Shown here in pieces: positions 1 through 9,824 of a stretch of DNA of 64,000 nucleotides. Numbering within the stretch: position 1 is the first letter of the stretch; every line of letters starts with the position of its first letter. The notes under the pieces were generated by a model that saw only the letters and a list, made by a program, of their open reading frames with translations, was not told the origin of the DNA and ran no database searches. Position numbers and translations under genes: made by a program. Source of the stretch: Actinomycetes bacterium (GTDB lineage Bacteria; Actinomycetota; Acidimicrobiia; Acidimicrobiales; JAMCPL01); the NCBI GenBank assembly GCA_021846515.1, contig JAJZWU010000008.1:20729-84728 (forward strand). The letters are read 5' to 3'.

Positions 1-158
1 TACCCGAGTGCAACCCAGGCAATTGCACCGGGGATTTCGTACACGCTATCCCATGACAACAAGAGCATGTGTATACAGCATAAATCCAATACTCAATAAC
101 CAACTATATCGTACCAGCGTGCACTGCGGCAATGGGTATACAGTTTCCTGTCTGGCGT

Positions 159-1064
159 CTATCCAGAAATGGCAGGAACGGAGTTTACCTCCAGTATGGG
201 TGCTCGCATGCCCTTAATGATAAACTCTGTTCTGCCCTCCAACCCAAGCTCTACCTTTGATCCTTCGATGAACCAAGCTGATCCACTGCCAGCCATATGG
301 GGCTCAAGACCGGTTGCGTTACCAAACGCCTCTTTCCACAACTCAAGCTGAGGTTCCAACCGCAATGCAGCGGGTTCAAGATCGTTTACAAAAGCTACTT
401 CTCCTCTCTCGATGCTGGGACTATGCTGATGCGACTCTGGCAATCTATCCCATTGTTCGTAAACCAGCCCGGTATCCAACCCGAAAGGGGGCAACATCAG
501 CACAAAAGTCTTTCCCTGAAAAAGTAGCTGGCTTACCTGCTCTCCTACGCCACTGACATGCGCCATACCACCGGTAAGACAAAATGGTACATCCGCACCC
601 AATCGGGCAGCCATCTTGTAAGAGTTGTATCCTGCCCATCTGAGTACCGCCGCTGCATCAGCTGAACCACCCCCTAATCCTGCACCTGAAGGTATGCGCT
701 TTAGGAGTCTGATGGCCGCGGCTTCTCCAACTATTGCCATGGCTTTGTTTACCAGATTGGATCTTCCTGGGGAAATGTCTCTTAACCCAAGTTCACCCGG
801 CACCTCATCTATTATCTGTAGTCCTGTGCCCCTCTCAAATATAAGAATATCCGCAAAGTCTACAGTAATAAGATCTGCCTCTATTGCATGGTAGCCATCG
901 TCTCTCTTGCCTGTCACTCGAAGCGATAGGGTTAGCTTTGCATATGCATGCACTGTGGCAGGAACCTCACCCTTGGTCGGCAGGTCTGTTACAGCATGCT
1001 GAGAAGCTCTACTTATAGAGCTCAAGCTATTGGATTTTCCAGAAAATATCTCATTATGATTCAT
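159..1064 (-). CDS. ispE: 4-diphosphocytidyl-2-C-methyl-D-erythritol kinase (IspE)
   Basis: 301-aa ORF. It has the GHMP-kinase glycine-rich motif IPSGAGLGGGSADAAAVLRW and the N-terminal AYAKLTLSLRVTGKRDDGYH block typical of IspE. Confidence 0.85.
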   Translation of the reverse strand: MNHNEIFSGKSNSLSSISRASQHAVTDLPTKGEVPATVHAYAKLTLSLRVTGKRDDGYHAIEADLITVDFADILIFERGTGLQIIDEVPGELGLRDISPGRSNLVNKAMAIVGEAAAIRLLKRIPSGAGLGGGSADAAAVLRWAGYNSYKMAARLGADVPFCLTGGMAHVSGVGEQVSQLLFQGKTFVLMLPPFGLDTGLVYEQWDRLPESHQHSPSIERGEVAFVNDLEPAALRLEPQLELWKEAFGNATGLEPHMAGSGSAWFIEGSKVELGLEGRTEFIIKGMRAPILEVNSVPAISG

Positions 1065-1268
1065 AGCACTAGTTAAGACTCCATTATATCGCTATACAGA
1101 TCGCCGCGCTCATCCTCGCTAAAGAAGACCATAATACCAGTGAAGAAATCCCCATACCGTATTGCCCTAACAGGTAATGACCTTGTATTATAGTGTCAAG
1201 TTTCCTATGGCATAAAAGTACTAGTATAATAACCCATATGAATTATTTTTTAGCGGAACGTACCTGCA

Positions 1269-2159
1269 GTGGCATGCTATACGGCCAACGCAAACAGCAA
1301 ATACGGTAACGAGATAATAGAGGAACGGAACGTGGAACGAACTCACTGGAACGGACTGAAGCACTTTAAGCGTGCCATTGGAGCGGGTGGACTTGTCGCA
1401 CTTCTCGCCATAGTGCTTTCGGCATGTAACCTACCTGCATTTGGTGGCTACAAGGGAGCCACCACCCAGGGTCATGATACTCACATGCTCTATGCCTGGC
1501 TTGTCGTTGCTGCCATAGTGGTAGGAGGTATCACTCTCGCTCTCATACTATGGGCGGTCTTTCGCTACAGGAAAAAGTCTGATGCCATACCCAGGCAGTT
1601 CCAGTATCATATACCGCTTGAAATTACATACACAGTAATACCCATAATCATAGTACTCATCGTCTTCTTTTTCACGGTTAGCGTGGAAAACAAGGTTGAT
1701 GCCGTCAGTTCGCACCCCTATGTGAAGATCAAAGTTACAGCATTTCAGTGGGGGTGGAACTTTGACTACCCCCAACTACACATAGATGTTCATGGAGTTA
1801 CCCTACAGAACCCGGAAATGGTCCTTCCGACCGGCAAAACAGCACGTATCACGCTTGTATCTGCAGATGTGGTACATGGATTTTATGTACGCCAATTTAA
1901 TTTCAGCAGATACGCCCAACCTGGAGTTACAAACGTTTTTGACCTGACTGTACGCCATTCAGGTACCTATCAGGGACAATGTACACAATTTTGCGGGCTA
2001 TATCATGCTGAGATGCTGTTCAGAGTCAAATCAGTTCCGCCTGCACAATTCTGGGCATGGGTTCACCAGGAGCAGGCAGCCGGGCATTCCAAGGTGGTAT
2101 CGCAGCTTCCCTCTCCGGTCGTAAAAGTTAGATCTACCAATTCAAGGACTAAAATATAA
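1269..2159 (+). CDS. ctaC: cytochrome c oxidase subunit II (CuA subunit)
   Basis: CuA ligand pattern is present (VVHGFYV ... CTQFCGLYHAEM). There are two TM helices and a lipobox-like LSAC near the N-terminus. It has a GTG start and sits directly upstream of ctaD. Confidence 0.9.
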   Translation: MACYTANANSKYGNEIIEERNVERTHWNGLKHFKRAIGAGGLVALLAIVLSACNLPAFGGYKGATTQGHDTHMLYAWLVVAAIVVGGITLALILWAVFRYRKKSDAIPRQFQYHIPLEITYTVIPIIIVLIVFFFTVSVENKVDAVSSHPYVKIKVTAFQWGWNFDYPQLHIDVHGVTLQNPEMVLPTGKTARITLVSADVVHGFYVRQFNFSRYAQPGVTNVFDLTVRHSGTYQGQCTQFCGLYHAEMLFRVKSVPPAQFWAWVHQEQAAGHSKVVSQLPSPVVKVRSTNSRTKI

Positions 2160-2193
2160 TGTTACGATATGAAATAATGGGAGTATCCTGAAG

Positions 2194-3981
2194 ATGACTC
2201 TTCTTGAAGAAAAACAACTGTCCTTTGCTGAAGAAACGAAGTACGCCACCACTGAGCATCATGAGCCAAGCGGGCTGGTAAAGTGGCTGACCAGCACCGA
2301 CCACAAGGTGATAGGGAAGTCCTATATGTTCACTGCCCTTGTCTTGATGTTGATCGGTGGTGCTATGGCGCTCATTATGAGGATGCAGCTGACCAGTCAG
2401 CACAGCTCTCTGCTTTCTCTGCAACAATACAATGAGCTTTTCACCATGCATGGAAGTATTATGATCTATCTTTTCGTTGGCCCATTTGCATTTGGTGGAC
2501 TGGCCAACTATGTAGTTCCACTTCAAATTGGCGCACCGGATATGGCCTTTCCCCGCCTCAATGCCCTCTCCTACTGGCTGTATCTTGGTGGTTCGATTAT
2601 CATGCTGCTCGGTTTCTTTACCGCAAGTGGTGCAGCGGACTTCGGATGGGTTGCTTATGCTCCATTGTCCAGTGCAGTAAACTCTCCCGGAGCGGGACCA
2701 GATGCCTGGATTGCTGCGCTTATCCTGACTGGATTTTCTGCCATTTTCACCGGAGTAAACCTGGTTACTACCATCTTTTACCTCCGAGCACCCGGGATGA
2801 CCATGTTCAGGATGCCAATATTCGTATGGAATATGCTGGTAACCGCAATTCTCATCCTGATAGCCTTCCCGGTATTGACAAGTGCGCTGATAATGCTTTA
2901 TGCCGACAGGCATTTCGGGATGCATATCTTCTCCGTGAAAGGAGGTGGGGTTCCGGTGCTATGGCAAAATCTCTTCTGGTTCTGGGGACATCCAGAGGTT
3001 TATATACTCGCATTGCCTTTCTTTGGAGTAGTCACCGAAATTATACCGGCATTTTCCAAGAAACCGATTTTCGGTTATAAGGGTATGGTATTCGCCACTC
3101 TTGCCATCGCGGCATTGTCCACGGGGGTTTGGGGGCATCATATGTTCACCACAGGAGTAGTGTTACTGCCATTCTTCTCACTCATGTCTCTACTCATCGC
3201 AGTTCCTACTGGAATAAAGTTCTTTAATTGGATAGCTACAATGTGGGGCGGGCAGATAACCTTTACCACACCCATGCTTATGTGTATAGGCTTTCTGATT
3301 ACTTTTCTGATGGGTGGTCTAACCGGTATGTTCCTTGCCTCTCCGCCGGTAGACTTTCAAATGCACGATACCTATTTCGTGGTAGCTCACTTCCACGATG
3401 TAATATTTGCCCTTGTGCTGGCTGCCATGGGAGCATTGTATTACTGGTGGCCAAAGATGTTCGGCTGGTACCTAAACGACAAGATAGGAAAAATACAGTT
3501 CTGGGTACTGTTTATAGGTGTGAACGCAACGGTTATTCCTTGGTATATTTTGGGTCTTCACGGCATGCCGAGGAGGGTAGCAGTTTACAAGGTTGGGATG
3601 GGATGGCATGCACTCAACATAGCGGCGACCGTGGGAGCAGATATCACCGGACTGTCTTTTCTGATCTTCCTGCTTAATATCTACCTGTCATGGGATAAAA
3701 AAGTCAAGGCTCCAAGCAATCCATGGGATGCCGGCACTCTTGAGTGGTTTACAAGCTCACCACCGCCAACCCACAACTTTACCAGGATACCGCCAATTCG
3801 CTCGGAACGGCCTGTATGGGACTTTAACCATCCCGATGCTATAGCGATAGCGGCACATGGTCAGGAATCTCCCTTAGCGAATGGTAGATCTCCAAGTGAC
3901 GGTAGTAATGGTTATGCGCAAAAAGACACGGCTTTAGGCTCACCAAAAGCTGGAACAACCGGAATGGATAAATCCAGCTAG
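2194..3981 (+). CDS. ctaD: cytochrome c oxidase subunit I (heme-copper oxidase)
   Basis: 595 aa and polytopic. It carries the hallmark WFWGHPEVYILALPFFG, GHHMFT and VVAHFH motifs, plus a hydrophilic C-terminal tail of about 50 aa. Confidence 0.95.
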   Translation: MTLLEEKQLSFAEETKYATTEHHEPSGLVKWLTSTDHKVIGKSYMFTALVLMLIGGAMALIMRMQLTSQHSSLLSLQQYNELFTMHGSIMIYLFVGPFAFGGLANYVVPLQIGAPDMAFPRLNALSYWLYLGGSIIMLLGFFTASGAADFGWVAYAPLSSAVNSPGAGPDAWIAALILTGFSAIFTGVNLVTTIFYLRAPGMTMFRMPIFVWNMLVTAILILIAFPVLTSALIMLYADRHFGMHIFSVKGGGVPVLWQNLFWFWGHPEVYILALPFFGVVTEIIPAFSKKPIFGYKGMVFATLAIAALSTGVWGHHMFTTGVVLLPFFSLMSLLIAVPTGIKFFNWIATMWGGQITFTTPMLMCIGFLITFLMGGLTGMFLASPPVDFQMHDTYFVVAHFHDVIFALVLAAMGALYYWWPKMFGWYLNDKIGKIQFWVLFIGVNATVIPWYILGLHGMPRRVAVYKVGMGWHALNIAATVGADITGLSFLIFLLNIYLSWDKKVKAPSNPWDAGTLEWFTSSPPPTHNFTRIPPIRSERPVWDFNHPDAIAIAAHGQESPLANGRSPSDGSNGYAQKDTALGSPKAGTTGMDKSS

Positions 3982-4043
3982 TCCTCTGTACCCAACAATA
4001 GACCTGATACGTAACAACGAAGAGAAGAAGGAGATCGTAAGCT

Positions 4044-4436
4044 ATGAAAATTGAAGGAATCGTATTAATAGGCATCGGAGCATTCATGGCGGTGGTCTCT
4101 GTCGGCTACTGGTTCTGGTCGGGAGAGCCTTCAGGCACAGCAATGCTTATAGGTGCAGTACTTCTTGGGCTATTACCCGGTGGATATTATTACTGGTGGG
4201 CGAAGCGGATGAAGCCAAGACCGGAAGACCGCCCCGATGCAACTACAAGAGAGGGGGCCGGGGTCATAGGTTCCTTTCCACACGGTTCTATATGGCCATT
4301 GGTGTTTGGGGCGGGTGCATTTCTATTCGGATTGGCATTGGCGTTCGGATGGTGGTTCCTGCCTCCTGCGTTGGGATTGATGTTGGTAGCAGCTACCGGT
4401 GTGACTACTCAGTCACGCAGGGGCGGCGCTATATAA
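4044..4436 (+). CDS. ctaF: cytochrome c oxidase subunit IV, actinobacterial type
   Basis: 130 aa with 4 predicted TM helices. It has the central RPEDRPDA...GAGVIGSFPHGSIWP block as recalled for actinobacterial CtaF, and it lies directly after ctaD. Confidence 0.7.
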   Translation: MKIEGIVLIGIGAFMAVVSVGYWFWSGEPSGTAMLIGAVLLGLLPGGYYYWWAKRMKPRPEDRPDATTREGAGVIGSFPHGSIWPLVFGAGAFLFGLALAFGWWFLPPALGLMLVAATGVTTQSRRGGAI

Positions 4437-4496
4437 TCATATCCGGACAGTCATGGGTCTTCCCGGCTGTTTGGACTACATGGTACTATCTAAGAT

Positions 4497-5390
4497 ATGC
4501 GTGGGTGGATAGATAGCCACTGTCATATACAAGGTGATTATGGTTCCCAGTGGAATATACCCATTGATCCAGTAATAGATGCTACTGGTAATAATGTTGC
4601 TGGTCTTGTATGCGTCGGCACTGATCTGGATACCTCTAGGGAAGGAATAGACCTAATCTCACAGTTGCGCAACCTATTGCCGGAATATCCACCTAAAATA
4701 ATCAGAGAAGCGGACAACGCATCCAGCCAGTTAACCACCGATTTAAGTAAATTCGGTCTGTGGTGCACTGCCGGAATACATCCACATGATGCTGCAATCT
4801 GGAAAGACAGTCAGGGAGAACTGGAAAAGTTGCTTGTTGCGACGCTTAACGATTATCCAGGTATGCTGGTTGGGATAGGCGAGTGCGGACTTGACTATCA
4901 CTATGACGACCCACCAAGGGATCAGCAAATGGCCGCGTTTGCAGGTCAGATCAGGTTGGCAAAAGAATACGATCTTACTCTTGTTATACATGCGCGAGAG
5001 GCATGGGAGGATCTTTTTACCCTGTTGGATACCGAGGGAGTACCGCAGCGCATTATAATGCACTGTTTTACCGGTGGCCCGTACGAACTCTCGACGGCAT
5101 TGAACTTTGGGGCATATATATCATTCAGTGGAATAGTGACTTTTTCCAATGCTGAAAACGTTCGTGAAGCTGCCATGGTATGTCCACTTGATAGTATTCT
5201 TGTAGAAACTGATTCTCCTTTTTTGAGTCCGGCGCCCAATAGGGGTAAGCAAAACCGCCCTGCCTGGGTATCATTTGTGGGAGACGAGATAAGTACACTA
5301 AAAGAAATGGACAAGACTACAATGCAGGACATTACTCGCTCCAATACCCTGCGAGCTTTCAAAATAGCCGATTCCGGTAAGGCAGAGTAG
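4497..5390 (+). CDS. tatD: TatD-family metal-dependent hydrolase/DNase
   Basis: Motifs DSHCH, GECGLDYHY, VIHAREA, HCFTGG and ETDSPFL are characteristic of TatD/YcfH. Confidence 0.85.
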   Translation: MRGWIDSHCHIQGDYGSQWNIPIDPVIDATGNNVAGLVCVGTDLDTSREGIDLISQLRNLLPEYPPKIIREADNASSQLTTDLSKFGLWCTAGIHPHDAAIWKDSQGELEKLLVATLNDYPGMLVGIGECGLDYHYDDPPRDQQMAAFAGQIRLAKEYDLTLVIHAREAWEDLFTLLDTEGVPQRIIMHCFTGGPYELSTALNFGAYISFSGIVTFSNAENVREAAMVCPLDSILVETDSPFLSPAPNRGKQNRPAWVSFVGDEISTLKEMDKTTMQDITRSNTLRAFKIADSGKAE

Positions 5391-5399
5391 CCAAACCAT

Positions 5400-6356
5400 A
5401 TGCAGGATACCGGCCGAATGGAGGAGAGAAAGCGAGCAGGAGGGGTTACAACGGCTACGGGGCAGGCACAGGCAACGGAAGCCGTCCAACACAATAAGGT
5501 ATTTTATCCGAAGCGATCATTGGGACAGAACTTTGTAGTAGACCAGAACACATTAAGGAAAATGTGTCGACTCAGCAATATCTCACCTGGAGACAACGTA
5601 CTAGAGATAGGCCCTGGCTTTGCTGCTCTTACCAGGGAACTTCTTAAATCTGGAGCAATAGTAACTGCAATCGAACTTGACAGGCGTCTGGTTCAGGAAT
5701 TGCGCTTCATGGAACAATCCGAATGGCCGGGACGCTTGCGAATAATTGAAGGAAGTGCACTGACTGTTCCTATGGGTACCATATTTGACAATGAGTCGGT
5801 TCCTTCCGGCGCACCCACTTCTTCTGATAACATACTACAGCCAACCGGCACCCTTGATGCACCGGCCACACGCTGGAAAATGGTATCAAACTTACCTTAC
5901 AATATTGCCACTCCGGTAGTAATGAGAGTGCTTGAAGAGGCAGACCAGGTCAACTATATCGTAGTAATGGTACAGCGCGAAGTCGCACTAAGATGGGCGG
6001 CCAAACCGGGTTCCAGCCTTTGCGGTGCAGTCTCTGTAAAAATGTCATACTTCTCGGAGGTAAAATTGGCTGGTTCGGTATCCAGAAATATATTTGTTCC
6101 CAAGCCGAATGTAGAGTCGTCAATTGTTGTGATTTCAAGACTTCCGCAAGCACCGGTAGCTGCCGATTACAGATCCATGGCAAAGCTCATAGACCTGGCA
6201 TATCGCCACAGACGCAAGATGCTCAGGAACTCATTGGCGCCGCTATGCGATGATCATGCACTCGACCAAGCAGAAATCCCTCCTACATCGAGACCACAAC
6301 AACTCAGCATAGAGGATTGGGGGCGGCTTGCGTTGGTAGTATCTTCCGGCAAATAA
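5400..6356 (+). CDS. rsmA: 16S rRNA (adenine1518/1519-N6)-dimethyltransferase RsmA/KsgA
   Basis: Motifs KRSLGQNFVVD, VLEIGPGFAALT (SAM site) and SNLPYNIATP are present. The true start may be a few codons downstream of the ORF start. Confidence 0.9.
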   Translation: MQDTGRMEERKRAGGVTTATGQAQATEAVQHNKVFYPKRSLGQNFVVDQNTLRKMCRLSNISPGDNVLEIGPGFAALTRELLKSGAIVTAIELDRRLVQELRFMEQSEWPGRLRIIEGSALTVPMGTIFDNESVPSGAPTSSDNILQPTGTLDAPATRWKMVSNLPYNIATPVVMRVLEEADQVNYIVVMVQREVALRWAAKPGSSLCGAVSVKMSYFSEVKLAGSVSRNIFVPKPNVESSIVVISRLPQAPVAADYRSMAKLIDLAYRHRRKMLRNSLAPLCDDHALDQAEIPPTSRPQQLSIEDWGRLALVVSSGK

Positions 6357-6365
6357 ACCCAACTT

Positions 6366-6392
6366 GCTGGGTGGATTTTACGGCACCCCAGC
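6366..6392. terminator. hairpin between the convergent rsmA and tatA genes
   Basis: GCTGGGTG (6366-6373) pairs with CACCCCAGC (6384-6392), giving 8 bp with one bulged C. The loop is GATTTTACGG. Confidence 0.35.
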
Positions 6393-6453
6393 CAATAGCT
6401 ATATGTTAACCTTCACCGGATACTCTGCACAGAATATAAGTGCTGTGTAGCGC

Positions 6454-6672
6454 CTACTCTGCAGGTTTGTTGTTGGCTGTATCTGGTTTGTCCTGCTCGG
6501 CTTCGTTGCCCTTACTCCCCTCTTCTACTGCCTTTTTGAACTCATGAGAGGCAGAACCGAGTGATCGGGCGAGTTTGGGCAATTGGCTTCCTCCGAACAA
6601 CAGTAGTACTGCAAGCAGTAGCACTACAATTATATCAGGACCAAATATATCAGCAATTAGTACTCCAAGCAT
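6454..6672 (-). CDS. tatA: twin-arginine translocase subunit TatA/E
   Basis: 72 aa. It has a single N-terminal TM helix followed by FGGSQLPKLARSLGSASHEFKKA (amphipathic helix motif) and an acidic tail. Confidence 0.85.
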   Translation of the reverse strand: MLGVLIADIFGPDIIVVLLLAVLLLFGGSQLPKLARSLGSASHEFKKAVEEGSKGNEAEQDKPDTANNKPAE

Positions 6673-6781
6673 ACTTGACCTCCTTTGCTTGAACCTTCAA
6701 GCCACCAAGTACATATTATACACCATTATTACAGATATTGCAGAGCCAATGGTATCGGTGTTTTCCACTACGCAGTTATTT

Positions 6782-7552
6782 TTATTTCCCCTGCCAATTC
6801 GGCTTACGTTTCTCTGCAAATGCTGTAGGGCCTTCTATGGCATCTGCCGAGGTAAACACAACTCCTACGGCTTCACTATTAAGCTTCCAACCCTCTTCCT
6901 CTGTCATGTAGAGTGACTCTCTTATGACCTTCTTTGACCACCGTACCGCCAATGGTGCATTTTCTGCAATGGTATTTGCAAGCCCTATAGCTTCATCCAT
7001 AAGGCGATCTGCCGGTACTACTCTATTTACCAAGCCGAGTTCCATTGCCCTGGATGCCGTTATCGGCTCTCCGGTCATCGACAACTCCAGCGCAAAAGCC
7101 AGAGGGATCCTTCGCTGAAGCCTGATTAGCCCACCGGCGCCAGCTATCAATCCGCGCTTTACTTCAGGAATACCGAAAGTAGCGTGCTCGGCCGCCACAA
7201 CAAGATCACAGGCTAATGCTATCTCGCAGCCACCTCCAAGTGCTGAGCCGTTTACGGCTGCAATGATCGGTTTGGGGAAGTCTCTCTGAACTATACCGGC
7301 AAAGCCTCCCTTGGCCCCGACGATAGATGCTCCTTCCCCGGCTGCAAAAGCCTTTAGATCCATCCCAGCCGAGAATGATTTGTCCTCTGCGCCCGTCAGT
7401 ATAACAACCCAGGCGTCATCAGAATCGGCGATCTCATCAAACGCCTCTGACAGGCTTGCTGTCACTTCACCATTGATCGCGTTCCTTGCCTCAGGGCGAT
7501 TGATCGTAAGTATCTCTACATGACCCCTACGGTCTCGTTCTACTACCGGCAC
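6782..7552 (-). CDS. enoyl-CoA hydratase/isomerase (crotonase) family protein
   Basis: 256 aa. Crotonase blocks are present: INRPEARNA, FSAGMDLK, AAVNGSALGGGCEIALACD and a C-terminal EGPTAFAEKRKPNW. Confidence 0.85.
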   Translation of the reverse strand: MPVVERDRRGHVEILTINRPEARNAINGEVTASLSEAFDEIADSDDAWVVILTGAEDKSFSAGMDLKAFAAGEGASIVGAKGGFAGIVQRDFPKPIIAAVNGSALGGGCEIALACDLVVAAEHATFGIPEVKRGLIAGAGGLIRLQRRIPLAFALELSMTGEPITASRAMELGLVNRVVPADRLMDEAIGLANTIAENAPLAVRWSKKVIRESLYMTEEEGWKLNSEAVGVVFTSADAIEGPTAFAEKRKPNWQGK

Positions 7553-7578
7553 AGTCTTTACCTCCTATCGGGTTTCTC

Positions 7579-9096
7579 TCACATTAAATGGCATACAGGC
7601 GGCGTTCCCTGTACAGCTACTTTCTTACCAACGAGATTTACGCCACTCAATCCCGCTAATTCATCCGAAGACATGGTTCCAACGGCACGCATCCCGTTAT
7701 CCAAAGTCACTATCACAGGTGCAGATTCCGGATTACCCGATGCATCGACAATAATAGTGGATGCTGCCACTGTACCGGTCTCTTGGGTGTCGATGCCCTC
7801 TACAACAGCTAGTTCACCCGCATCTATCTCAGCCTGGACATCCTTGGTATCGCCCCTGACCCACCCATTTACAGGCGGCGTATCGCTGTATATTCCTATT
7901 GAGTGCTTGGTGGCGTACCAGCCCAAGCCTGATACAAGTCCAACGCCCCCCGACTCCCTTAGCCTCTCTGCCACAGTAGCTATGGCGTGAAGCGTGTAAT
8001 TGTTGCCCGGTCCTCCAAAATACGGTAAGCCCCCGGTTGCGGTAAGCCCCCTCGAATCACTGAGACTAATACCCAGCGCATCACAGGCCAATTCTACCGC
8101 GGAGGGAAAACAAGAGTACAGGTCAAACAACGATATATCATCTATAGAAATGCCTGCAGCACCCAGAGCAGCCTTACCAGCCTCTCTGATGCCCTGCGAT
8201 ACTCCGGGGTCGGGTCTGGACGATGGATACCATACGTCGTTCACATCTGCACCTGACCAGCAATAAATCGCTGAATCAGCCACGCCACATTCACGAGCTA
8301 CCGCCAATGATGTCACCACTACACACGCCGCTTGGTTCACGTCAATAAAGGCAGCCATGAGCTTTGGGTACGGTTCTGCTATAAGGCGGTTTTGCGGTGT
8401 AACCGTGTACAGTTCCTGGGGAGAGCGCACTTGAGGGAACCAGGCGAATGGGTGCTTTGCTGCCACCTCACTAAAGGGAGACAGGAAGCCTGCAATAAAT
8501 TCGCGTTGCTCCTGGTAACTTCGTTGCATCCTGCTTGCAATGACACTCTCGAACATGGGATAGATGTGCACTGGAGCTATAAGGCCGGCTGCCAACTCGC
8601 TGGATGATACCCCAGCCCTTGGGTCACCTACTACGGGGTCGGGTATTCTATCCTGACCTGTCGCGCCAGCATGAGTCGCAGGATCATTTGCAGGTAGCTC
8701 TATGCCCTGTTCGCGTAGCTTTCTTCGCATTTTCTGGGTATGTTGAGCCTCTACTCCAGCAATCATTACCGCACGGGCATCACCTGATGCTATTTCATCT
8801 GCTGCACGGCTCACCAGCCATTGCGGAAAGTTGCCTCCCACCTGAGTAATCTCAGTATGTTGTGGCGACATGTGAAACGACTTTGCCAGATCAGCTGCTG
8901 GTGAGGCTGAAATTTTTGACATTATCCCCACCACTGACACTCGATCTATACGATTCACCAACTGACCCGTGCCATCCAACGCTGACGAAACTGCCCGGCT
9001 CATCAACTCTGCAGCCCCCACCAGCTCTTCTCTCTCTATGGCCTGACCACAGGCGACTATAACGGGTAACCGATCTTCCTTAAATGCCATCTCCAC
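7579..9096 (-). CDS. thiolase-like (acetyl-CoA acetyltransferase-like) protein with extra C-terminal beta-rich domain
   Basis: 505 aa. It has thiolase-fold C-terminal blocks (DLYSCFPSAVELACDALG, GGLPYFGGPGNNYTLHAI). The last 90 aa or so look like an appended OB-like domain. The assignment is family-level only. Confidence 0.6.
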   Translation of the reverse strand: MEMAFKEDRLPVIVACGQAIEREELVGAAELMSRAVSSALDGTGQLVNRIDRVSVVGIMSKISASPAADLAKSFHMSPQHTEITQVGGNFPQWLVSRAADEIASGDARAVMIAGVEAQHTQKMRRKLREQGIELPANDPATHAGATGQDRIPDPVVGDPRAGVSSSELAAGLIAPVHIYPMFESVIASRMQRSYQEQREFIAGFLSPFSEVAAKHPFAWFPQVRSPQELYTVTPQNRLIAEPYPKLMAAFIDVNQAACVVVTSLAVARECGVADSAIYCWSGADVNDVWYPSSRPDPGVSQGIREAGKAALGAAGISIDDISLFDLYSCFPSAVELACDALGISLSDSRGLTATGGLPYFGGPGNNYTLHAIATVAERLRESGGVGLVSGLGWYATKHSIGIYSDTPPVNGWVRGDTKDVQAEIDAGELAVVEGIDTQETGTVAASTIIVDASGNPESAPVIVTLDNGMRAVGTMSSDELAGLSGVNLVGKKVAVQGTPPVCHLM

Positions 9097-9107
9097 TCAC
9101 CTTTTGC

Positions 9108-9764
9108 CTATCGGGGAAGCAGTCCATTCAATACAAAAGAAACCACAAAATCAGCGACTACATCTGATGCCAGTCCATCGTCCGTGATTAGTCTTCTGTG
9201 TGCAATCTGGCCAACCAGAGATACGACACAGAATGCAACCATACGTGGAGGCGCACTAATAATCTTGCCGTTCTTCTGAGCTTCCTCAACCATTACCTCA
9301 ATATCGCTTATAAATCCTTCATAGATATAAAAAAGATGCTTCTCGAAACGATCTCCCAGAGCATAGGAATCCCTGAAAAGTAGTTTCACTACAGCTTTAT
9401 CTGATTCAAAGAACTCCAAAGTCGCCTTAACGGCTGCCTGCAGCGGTGCAAGTTCGGATCTACTCTTGGTGGATGCCCGTGCAAGCGCATTGGTCACATG
9501 ATCACGTAACTGCTGTTCTTCGTTCTCCATAAGGGCATGGAATAGTGCCTCTTTTGAGTCAAAGTACCAGTAGATAGATCCATATGACAATTTGGCAGCT
9601 TTGGCAATATCTGCAATGGTAGTAGCCTGATACCCACTCCCTGCAAATACCTCTTTTGCTGCCGCTAAAATATCATTCCTGCGCCCCTCCTTCTCCTCGT
9701 CGCTGACAGCACGTTTTACTACCCTTGCGGGTCTTTCAGGTGCTGCAATTGGGGAAGTAGACAT
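9108..9764 (-). CDS. TetR/AcrR family transcriptional regulator
   Basis: The N-terminal HTH block RRNDILAAAKEVFAGSGYQATTIADIAKAAKLSYGSIYWYFDSKEALF is typical of TetR_N. Confidence 0.85.
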   Translation of the reverse strand: MSTSPIAAPERPARVVKRAVSDEEKEGRRNDILAAAKEVFAGSGYQATTIADIAKAAKLSYGSIYWYFDSKEALFHALMENEEQQLRDHVTNALARASTKSRSELAPLQAAVKATLEFFESDKAVVKLLFRDSYALGDRFEKHLFYIYEGFISDIEVMVEEAQKNGKIISAPPRMVAFCVVSLVGQIAHRRLITDDGLASDVVADFVVSFVLNGLLPR

Positions 9765-9804
9765 GCGAGCCAGTTTATCAGGTTTGCATCAGTAGTTCAA
9801 CTTA

Positions 9805-9824
9805 TTGACTGACTAATCGGTCAA
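9805..9824. promoter_or_regulatory. palindromic candidate TetR operator TTGACTGACTAATCGGTCAA
   Basis: The 8-nt arms match at 7 of 8 positions (TTGACTGA / TCGGTCAA). It lies in the 60-nt gap immediately upstream of the TetR gene. Confidence 0.35.

Noticed and set aside
1-158. Possible gene fragments at the left edge. One is a plus-strand frame ending at 97-99. Another is a minus-strand ATG at 68-66 that reads MLLLSWDSVYEIPGAIAWVALG off the edge. The third is ORF 8-217.
   Set aside because: All are too short to recognise and carry no motif, so I cannot support a call.
2149-2925. 258-aa ORF antisense to ctaD.
   Set aside because: It fully overlaps a gene with unmistakable heme-copper oxidase motifs. 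Its product has no recognisable features and an odd composition. It is a typical shadow ORF.
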